Assembly: GCA_035762505.1 (NCBI GenBank)
Contig: DASTOO010000146.1
Location: forward strand, 1-32,453
From: Candidatus Krumholzibacteriia bacterium
GTDB taxonomy: Bacteria; Krumholzibacteriota; Krumholzibacteriia; WVZY01; JAKEHA01
Length of the DNA: 32,453 nucleotides
Direction: 5' to 3'
A program made the position numbers and the translations under genes. Of this stretch, positions 16,372 through 23,038 are shown piece after piece (positions within the stretch are counted from its first letter, which is position 1; the number at the start of each line of letters is the position of its first letter). Under the pieces are notes generated by a model. It did not search any database and was not told where the DNA came from. It saw only the letters and a program-made list of their open reading frames with translations.

Positions 16372-18627
16372 ATGAACGAGAAAGCAGCATCCGCCCAGCA
16401 GAAGGCCCTCCAGGAGCGCAAGCGCGGCCAGCATGCCAAGGCCGTGAAGCGTCTGGAGCAGGCCATTCTTGCGTTTCCCGACGAGCTGGACCTCCACCTC
16501 GACGCGATCGACGCGTGTCTCGAGGGCGGCGAGGTGGCGCACGCGACCCAGTTTCTCAAGACCGTCCAGGACAGGTTCACCAAGGACAGGGAGCGCATCG
16601 CCGCGTTCGTGCGCGACAAGCTCGTCGCGGTCCACGACCCGGCGCTCGCGCGCTTCGTGGTGGAGAATTCGATCAAGCTGCGCGATCTCGTGACGGCGCT
16701 GGATCATCTGGACCGGGTTCCCGAGCACACCGTCCGCGACCTGCTCGCGCGCACGCGCACCAAGAAGCAGTCCCTCAAGTCGGCGAGCCACGGCGGCTAT
16801 GCGCTGCGCGGCGAGCTCCTGACCAATGAGCTCATGGCAGCGCTCCTGTCGATCCGGCTCGGCAACATGAAGGAGGCCATGACGGCCATCGTCCAGATCC
16901 TCGACGAGAAGCCCGTCGAACAGGCCATCCTGACGCCGTTCCTGGCCTCGCTCGAAGGCCGTCACTCCAAATCCGGCCGGGTTCGCTTCGCGCACGCCTG
17001 CGCGCAGTGCGCGTCGGGCGGGGAGTTGGAGGGCATCGGGCGTTTCGTCGAGGCCGCCCGCCTGGAGCCGCCGGTCGCGACCCTGTGCGCCGACCGCCTG
17101 CGGGTTCTGCGCGAAACCAGCAAGGCGCGCACCCGCGCGGAGCGCGCGCTCGCCGAGGTCTGCCTGATCAAAGGTGATGTGGACGAGGCCGCCGCGGTGT
17201 TGCGTGATTATCTCGCCGGCGTGGAGGACGCCGGGCGCGAGGTGTTGATGCTCGTGCGGCCGTACATCGATCCGGCCAACGGCGTCAACGCGTGCACGTG
17301 GCTGGCACTCGACGCGGCGCTGACGTTGGAGCAGTCCAACGCGGCGCTGGAGATCCTGCGCCCGCTCCACCAGCGTGCCGGGAGCAGCGACGCCCTGCTG
17401 GACTGGCTCGAGACCCGCTCGCGCGACGGGGTCCTGACCCCGGAGATCAGGGTGCTTCACGCCACGCTCGCCATCGAACGGAAGAAGTACGAACGTGCCG
17501 CCGAGATCCTGCAGGGCGTGTGTGCGACCGCCCCGCAGGAAGTGCCGGCGGTGCTCGCCCTGCTCGATCCGCACCGCACCGCGGACAGGCGGCTCGACGC
17601 GCTCTGCCGCGAGTACGCGGCATCGGACGCCGGCGCCGGGACCGGCGCCAGTGCCGCCGACGGGGACGGCGACGGCTTCCAGACCTTCGACAGCAGCGGA
17701 TTCGAGCTGGCGTCTTCGGCGCCGAAGCCGGCGCCGAAGGCCGCGCCCCGGGCTGCCCCGGCTTCACCGTCGCCCGCACCGCAGAAGCCCCTGGCGTTCA
17801 CGGCCGCGACGCCGGGCGCTGCGCCGAGGAAGTTCATGGAGACGCGCGAGATCTCCTTCGACGACGAAGACGTCGTCGCGGCCGGGTCCGTCGAGCCAGT
17901 GGCCCTCCCCGAGACCCCGGCGCCAACGGACGACGACTCGGGATTCGAGCTCAGCGACGGTCCCTCCGTGACGTCGCGACCCCCGCTGTCTGCGGCCGCG
18001 CCCGAGAGCACCCCGGCCACGCCGCCGATCACCGAGGCGCACGTGGCCAACGTCGCCCGGCAGCTGTACACGGCGGGCGCCGCCGCGTTCTTCCATGTCG
18101 ACCGCGAGGACACGCAGGCGGCCGCAGCGCCGGAGCCGAGCGCCCCGGAGGAACCGCCGCTGCCGGACACGTTCGAAGGGCTGATCGGCTGGTACCGCGA
18201 GGGCCGCCTGGACGGGGAGCGCGTGATCGCGCTCATGGAGACGGCGGCGGAAGAGGGCCGCGTCGCCGAGTTGCGCGAGCTGCTCGCGTACGAGCCGCGC
18301 AACGACGCGGAAGATTTTGCCCGGCGTTACTTCGAGGCCGAGCACCTGATACTGTGCAACCGTCCCCTGCCCGCGATGAAGATCCTCGCGCGTCTCGACG
18401 CTCCCGGGCTCTCCGACGAGCAGAGACGCCGCGTGTGGTTCAAGCTCGCGGTCTGTCAGCGCGCGGTCCGCGATTTCGCGGCCGCCCACGAGACATTGAC
18501 ACGTCTGGCGGAGGCCTATCCCGAGCGGGAAGAATATGCCCGCCTGGCGCGCACGAACTTCGAGCAGCACCTGAGCGAGCAGAGCCAGGAGACGATCGTG
18601 CTCGAAAAGACCGGCTCGCTCGACTGA
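16372..18627 (+). CDS. Hypothetical 751-aa protein: helical/TPR-like N- and C-terminal regions flanking an acidic, Pro/Ala-rich low-complexity linker
   Basis: Track ORF 16153..18627. I start it at the first ATG (16372, MNEKAASAQQKALQ) because the upstream 73 codons are Arg/Pro-rich. No strong RBS. No family recognised. Confidence 0.7.
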   Translation: MNEKAASAQQKALQERKRGQHAKAVKRLEQAILAFPDELDLHLDAIDACLEGGEVAHATQFLKTVQDRFTKDRERIAAFVRDKLVAVHDPALARFVVENSIKLRDLVTALDHLDRVPEHTVRDLLARTRTKKQSLKSASHGGYALRGELLTNELMAALLSIRLGNMKEAMTAIVQILDEKPVEQAILTPFLASLEGRHSKSGRVRFAHACAQCASGGELEGIGRFVEAARLEPPVATLCADRLRVLRETSKARTRAERALAEVCLIKGDVDEAAAVLRDYLAGVEDAGREVLMLVRPYIDPANGVNACTWLALDAALTLEQSNAALEILRPLHQRAGSSDALLDWLETRSRDGVLTPEIRVLHATLAIERKKYERAAEILQGVCATAPQEVPAVLALLDPHRTADRRLDALCREYAASDAGAGTGASAADGDGDGFQTFDSSGFELASSAPKPAPKAAPRAAPASPSPAPQKPLAFTAATPGAAPRKFMETREISFDDEDVVAAGSVEPVALPETPAPTDDDSGFELSDGPSVTSRPPLSAAAPESTPATPPITEAHVANVARQLYTAGAAAFFHVDREDTQAAAAPEPSAPEEPPLPDTFEGLIGWYREGRLDGERVIALMETAAEEGRVAELRELLAYEPRNDAEDFARRYFEAEHLILCNRPLPAMKILARLDAPGLSDEQRRRVWFKLAVCQRAVRDFAAAHETLTRLAEAYPEREEYARLARTNFEQHLSEQSQETIVLEKTGSLD

Positions 18628-18650
18628 CTCGCGTCCGCGCCGGTCCGCCC

Positions 18651-18666
18651 CGGCACGGACTATGCT
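18651..18666 (+). promoter_or_regulatory. Sigma-54-type -24/-12 promoter candidate upstream of the Cys-motif/coiled-coil/TPR gene
   Basis: CGGCACGGACTATGCT has GGCACG identical to the -24 consensus core and ATGCT versus TTGCW at -12, with correct spacing (GG 18652-53, GC 18664-65). It lies 97 nt upstream of ATG 18762. Confidence 0.4.
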
Positions 18667-18761
18667 AGGCATTTCCGGGAATCATCCGACGTTATCGCCA
18701 CCCGCGACGACGCTTCCAGAAATTAGCCGTCGATTCGTCCTGAGGTTCAAGGAGACTTATC

Positions 18762-20114
18762 ATGAAGATCTGCCCGTTCATGTCGCACATGCTGGGAGCC
18801 GAGGGAAACGTCCTCGAGATCGACTCGCCCGCGCCGCGCGCGGCGGGTGACGTCGTCGTTCTCGGCTACGACGAAGGAGAATCCGGCGGCGTCAAGACGG
18901 AGCGCAGGCCGGCGCGGGCGACGACGAAGGCGAGAAACGAAGCGACCGCCACCGCGTCGCACCTCTACTGCCTGCGCGACACCTGCCGGTTCTACCGGAC
19001 CAAGGACGGCGAGTGCACGTTCGACTCCATCCTGGAGAGCGTCAGCCAGCAGTCGAAGGCCGTCGCCGAGCTGAGCGCGGGCGCCGACCGCGACAAGAAG
19101 GACGCCACCGCGGCCACGGTAACCCGCGAGCTGGACAAGTTCTGGAAGTTCCAGACCAAGAGCGTCACGGAGCTGATCTCGAGCTTCGGCGACTCCGAGA
19201 AACGGCAGACGGAGTCTTTCTCGAAGCTGGTTTCCGACGTGGAGAAGCGCATCATCGCGTTCATGGACGAAGAGGACAATCGTGACGAGCGCATGAACAC
19301 GATCCGCGACGGCGTAGCCGAGATCAAGGACACGATCGACGCGCGCAACGACGGCTTCGAGACCCTCACCACGACCGTTTCCGACCTCGTGATGTCCTTC
19401 GAGGACAACCTCAAGGAGATCCGCACCCACTGGCAGTCGCTGGCAAAGCGGCTCGACGCGCTCGAAGGCGCGGCCGCGAAGATGAACACCACGGACGGCG
19501 GCGCGGCTCTGGAGAAGGTGTCCGCGAAGATCGAAGCGGTGGACGCAAACGTCGCGCGCACCGTCGAGAACCTCGATCGCATGGAGCGCAACTGGGGCGA
19601 GCTGATGGAGGTCGTCAAGAGCTCCAAGAAGAAGAGCGACGACCCGGGCGCGCAGAACCGCCGTCGCGAGGCGATGAAGTTCAACAACCTCGGCGTGACG
19701 AGCTTCCACAACGGCGACCTCGCGCTCGCCCGCGACCAGTTCCTGGAAGCGGTCAACCGCGACGACACCTTCGCCGAGTGCTACAACAACCTCGGGCTCG
19801 TGTACACCGAGCAGGGAGAATCGCAGCTCGCCGCCGACGCCTTTACGCGTGCGATCCAGATCAACCCCGAGCTGCACGCGGCATACAACAACCTCGGCTA
19901 CGTGTACTACAAGCAGGGCGAGTACGATCGTGCGATCGAGATGTACAACGAGGCTCTGGCGCGCAGCTCCAACAACAGCTCGGCGTACACGAACCTGGGC
20001 AACGCATGGTTCAAGCTCGGCGACCGCAAGCAGGCGCGCAAGGCGTGGGAGCGGGCCATCGAGCTCGATCCCGCCAACGAGACGGCGCTGCGCAGCCTCA
20101 AGAACCTGGGCTGA
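18762..20114 (+). CDS. Hypothetical protein: N-terminal Cys motif, long coiled-coil, C-terminal TPR repeats
   Basis: AAGGAG 7 nt upstream of the ATG. MKICPFMSH...YCLRDTCRFYRTKDGEC. Heptad-like charged central region. Four to five TPRs (AECYNNLGLVYTEQGE.., AAYNNLGYVYYKQGEYDRAIEMY.., SAYTNLGNAWFKLGD..). Confidence 0.85.
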   Translation: MKICPFMSHMLGAEGNVLEIDSPAPRAAGDVVVLGYDEGESGGVKTERRPARATTKARNEATATASHLYCLRDTCRFYRTKDGECTFDSILESVSQQSKAVAELSAGADRDKKDATAATVTRELDKFWKFQTKSVTELISSFGDSEKRQTESFSKLVSDVEKRIIAFMDEEDNRDERMNTIRDGVAEIKDTIDARNDGFETLTTTVSDLVMSFEDNLKEIRTHWQSLAKRLDALEGAAAKMNTTDGGAALEKVSAKIEAVDANVARTVENLDRMERNWGELMEVVKSSKKKSDDPGAQNRRREAMKFNNLGVTSFHNGDLALARDQFLEAVNRDDTFAECYNNLGLVYTEQGESQLAADAFTRAIQINPELHAAYNNLGYVYYKQGEYDRAIEMYNEALARSSNNSSAYTNLGNAWFKLGDRKQARKAWERAIELDPANETALRSLKNLG

Positions 20115-20137
20115 ACGCCGGACCGGCCGGGTCCGCT

Positions 20138-20185
20138 CCGAAAAGCAGAATCCCCGTAGCAGCGACGTGTCGCTGGTACGGGGAT
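20138..20185 (-). terminator. Rho-independent terminator for the cold-shock gene (possibly bidirectional)
   Basis: 17-bp stem with one mismatch (20150-20166 pairs with 20169-20185). On the minus strand it is followed by TCTGCTTTTCGG (20149-20138). It lies between the convergent stops at 20114 and 20218. Confidence 0.55.
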
Positions 20186-20217
20186 CCGCGTTCCTAGCAG
20201 AACAACGAGTCTCTAAA

Positions 20218-20463
20218 CTAGGCGGCCTCCATGCTCGGCGCCGCGTCCTGTCCGCGCTTCTGACTGCGCAGGACGCCCTTCGCCTGAGGACCCTTCGGAC
20301 TATCCATCAACTCGTACTCGACGACCTCTCCCTCCGCCAGCGTGCGGTAGCCGTCCTCGCGAATCTCGGAGTAGTGAACGAAGATGTCTTTCCCGTTGTC
20401 ACCGAGAATGAAACCGTAACCCTTGTTTTCGTTGAACCACTTTACTTTACCAGTTATCCGCAA
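20218..20463 (-). CDS. cspA: CspA-family cold-shock protein with a short C-terminal extension
   Basis: [17 protein letters not shown] (RNP1) and DIFVHYSEI (RNP2). I favour the TTG start at 20463-20461 (AAAGGGGGA about 8 nt upstream). The track ORF begins at GTG 20496, which has no RBS. Confidence 0.85.
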   Translation of the reverse strand: MRITGKVKWFNENKGYGFILGDNGKDIFVHYSEIREDGYRTLAEGEVVEYELMDSPKGPQAKGVLRSQKRGQDAAPSMEAA

Positions 20464-20585
20464 GCTTCCGGTCCCCCTTTCAAAAGCAAAACCCACCGCG
20501 CATGGCTGCCCGGTGGATTCCCCTGGTTTCCGTTCAGATGTTGGCTGCGAACACGTGCTCTAATCCTTGGCGTGAGGACTGGCGG

Positions 20586-20615
20586 ATTATAGCACGGCGG
20601 CTCCACGCGCGTCAA
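20586..20615 (-). promoter_or_regulatory. Strong sigma-70-type promoter with extended -10 for the cold-shock gene
   Basis: Minus strand reads TTGACG (20615-20610), an 18-nt spacer ending in TGc, then a perfect TATAAT (20591-20586). The predicted leader is about 115 nt to the TTG start. Confidence 0.6.
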
Positions 20616-20819
20616 GCGACGACGCGACCTTCTGGGCCTGCGGACGCCATCTTCCACCCTTGCTGGAAACGGAAAGCAACTGCCGGGAAGCGCTCACGGA
20701 CGCGCCGGTGTCGTTGCATTCCGCGATCTTCACCTTTCCGCGCCGGCCCCGCGTGCGCGCCCGGCCGCGACCGCACGCGCACTTCGCCCCCCGGCCCGCG
20801 CCGCCGGGGCGCAGTGCGG

Positions 20820-20834
20820 TGGCATGGAACTTGC
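20820..20834 (+). promoter_or_regulatory. Near-consensus sigma-54 (-24/-12) promoter upstream of the FHA/phosphatase/kinase operon
   Basis: TGGCATGGAACTTGC versus the consensus TGGCAC-N5-TTGC. The only deviation is C to T at base 6. GG at 20821-22, GC at 20833-34. It ends 59 nt upstream of the RBS-supported GTG 20893. Confidence 0.6.
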
Positions 20835-20892
20835 CCTTTCTTGTTCGCTGACAAGGTGTTTCCCGATCGGTCCGGACGAGGAAGGTCACCGC

Positions 20893-22272
20893 GTGAAGAT
20901 CACGATTCCACATACGAAGCAAATCGGCGAGAGCGGCGAGGTCACCCGGGCCACGCTCAACGATCTCATGCGCGCCACCATCGACGCGAGCACGGCGAAG
21001 CCCTGCGTCCTCGAGATCTACGACAGCCTCAGCCAGCGCTTTCTCTTCGTGCGTGAGCGTCAGATCTATGCGGCGGCGGAGCTGAACGGCGGTGCGTTCG
21101 CCGCCACGTCGATCCGCGACTTCCTCCTCGGCGCGACCAACATGAGCTTTCCCCGCGCCACGTGGTACGAACTCAACACCAAGATCATCCACTCCGTCCT
21201 GGTGGTGGCGCAGAAGAAGCCCGCGTTGCGCGTCATGACGTCGCTCGTCGACCTGGATGAGCTGCTCGACCGCATCGAGAAGGAAGGCAAGAGCTGCATC
21301 GTCGCGGCGACGCGCGAGGACTTCCTCGCCATGCTCCGCTACGAGAAGGGCAAGACGGCGGCGTTCTGCTGGGAGCAGTCCATCACCGCGCCGCGCGAGG
21401 CGTCGTTCCGCGAGGACTTTCTCATCAAGGTCTACTCGAACGCGGCCGAGCGCCCCATGAACGTCAGCCTGTACGAGGACTTCCTCGTCTCCTACGCGCC
21501 GGACGCCAAGAACCTCCCCGAGAGCTTCAACGGGCGCTTCGCCGACGTATTCCTCTCCAAGCCGCCGGTCGTGATCCTGCGCTTCAAGGACCGCGAAATC
21601 GGGCGCTGGGAGATGGACCGGCCGCGCCTGCGCATCGGCCGCACCCCGGACAACGACATCGTGATCGACAACCTCGGCGTCTCGCGCCTGCACGCGGTCA
21701 TCGAGGAAGAGAAGGGCGCGTACTCGGTCCGCGACTGCGACAGCCTGAACGGCACCGTGGTCAACGGCGAGCGCACCCCCCACCAGACGCTGCAGGACGG
21801 CGACGAGATCTCCATCGGCAAGCACACGATCGTGTTCCGCGTGCCCAGCGGCCACGCGATACCGGAGCCGGAGACGATCGCCGGCTTCGACCAGACGATG
21901 ATCATCTCGCGCAGCTCCGTGTCGCACACCAACAAGACGCAGGAGGCGCCGGCCATGCAGGCCCGGGCGTCCGCCCCGACGCGCGAGCGGACCCCGCGCC
22001 TCGTCATCCACACCGATTACGGCGACCGCGTGGTCGAGATCGCCGACGAGGCGGTCACCATCGGTCGCGACGAGGACGCGGATGTGCGGGTGAACGGCAT
22101 GTTCGTCGCTTCCCGGCACGCCGAGATCACGCGGGAGAACGGCCGCGTGGTGCTGCGCCGCGTGGGCGGGATGCGCGCGGTCAAGGTGCGCGGCCGGTCG
22201 GTCAAGGAAGTGGAGCTCAAGGACAACGACGAGATCCAGATCGCGAGCGAGTTGTTCGTATTTCACGAGTAG
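20893..22272 (+). CDS. Dual FHA-domain protein with an uncharacterised ~230-aa N-terminal domain
   Basis: GTG 20893 has GAGGAAGG 7-8 nt upstream. The track ATG at 20824 lies inside the sigma-54 motif. FHA1: LRIGRTPDNDIVIDNLGVSRLHAVI..NGTVVNGER..ISIGKHTIVF. FHA2: VTIGRDEDADVRVNGMFVASRHAEI..DEIQIASELFVF. Confidence 0.85.
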   Translation: MKITIPHTKQIGESGEVTRATLNDLMRATIDASTAKPCVLEIYDSLSQRFLFVRERQIYAAAELNGGAFAATSIRDFLLGATNMSFPRATWYELNTKIIHSVLVVAQKKPALRVMTSLVDLDELLDRIEKEGKSCIVAATREDFLAMLRYEKGKTAAFCWEQSITAPREASFREDFLIKVYSNAAERPMNVSLYEDFLVSYAPDAKNLPESFNGRFADVFLSKPPVVILRFKDREIGRWEMDRPRLRIGRTPDNDIVIDNLGVSRLHAVIEEEKGAYSVRDCDSLNGTVVNGERTPHQTLQDGDEISIGKHTIVFRVPSGHAIPEPETIAGFDQTMIISRSSVSHTNKTQEAPAMQARASAPTRERTPRLVIHTDYGDRVVEIADEAVTIGRDEDADVRVNGMFVASRHAEITRENGRVVLRRVGGMRAVKVRGRSVKEVELKDNDEIQIASELFVFHE

Positions 22273-22288
22273 AGCGTGGAGGCACCGA

Positions 22289-23020
22289 ATGCGCTACGTC
22301 CTGATGTCAGACATCCACGGGAACCTTGAAGCTCTGCAGGCCGCGCTCGAGGCGGCGCGCCGCTTCGAGCCATACCACCTCATGTGTCTCGGCGACTTCG
22401 TGGGATACGGCGCGGATCCCGAGCCGTGCATCGAGCTGGCCGGCGACAAGGCGAACCTCATGCTCGCCGGCAACCACGACCTGGCGGTATCGGGGATCAT
22501 CTCCACCGACGACTTCAATACCATCGCGCGGGAGTCCATCGACTGGACGCGCGAGCAGCTCACCGCGGAGGATCGCGAGCTGCTCTCGAACCTTCCGCTC
22601 CAGTACATCGACGGCGACTACTGCTACACGCACGCCTCCCCCATCGACCCGATCCGGTTCATGTACATCCGGACTCTCGAGGACGTGGCGGAGGTGTTCG
22701 CGAGCATCGGCCAACGCTTCTGCTTCGTGGGGCATACGCACCTGCCGGTGCTGGTGGCGATGAACACCCGCCAGGGCCGCATGGAGGTCGTGCGCGACGC
22801 GCGCATCACCGTCGCGGACCACTGCCGCTACTTCGTCAACGTGGGCTCCATCGGACAGCCGCGCGACTCCAACCCGGACGCGTGCCTGGTCGTCCTGGAC
22901 GAGGAGGCCGGCTCGCTGGAGTTCATCCGCGTCCCCTACGACGTCTCCAAGTCGCAGGGAAAGATTCTGTCCAACGGTCTTCCGTCCTATCTGGCGGAGC
23001 GTCTCGTGCTGGCGAGGTAG
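22289..23020 (+). CDS. Metallophosphoesterase (calcineurin-like; probable Ser/Thr phosphoprotein phosphatase by context)
   Basis: MRYVLMSDIHGN, CLGDFVGYG, AGNHD, VGHTH, NVGSIGQPRD motifs. GGAGG 7 nt upstream of the ATG. Confidence 0.85.
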   Translation: MRYVLMSDIHGNLEALQAALEAARRFEPYHLMCLGDFVGYGADPEPCIELAGDKANLMLAGNHDLAVSGIISTDDFNTIARESIDWTREQLTAEDRELLSNLPLQYIDGDYCYTHASPIDPIRFMYIRTLEDVAEVFASIGQRFCFVGHTHLPVLVAMNTRQGRMEVVRDARITVADHCRYFVNVGSIGQPRDSNPDACLVVLDEEAGSLEFIRVPYDVSKSQGKILSNGLPSYLAERLVLAR

Positions 23021-23038
23021 TGCGTAGGGGGTGCGGCA

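Noticed and set aside
20824-20892. ATG 20824 as the start of the FHA gene
   Set aside because: It has no RBS and the encoded MELALSCSLTRCFPIGPDEEGHR looks non-native. GTG 20893 has GAGGAAGG upstream. This remains a formal alternative that would place the sigma-54 motif inside coding sequence.
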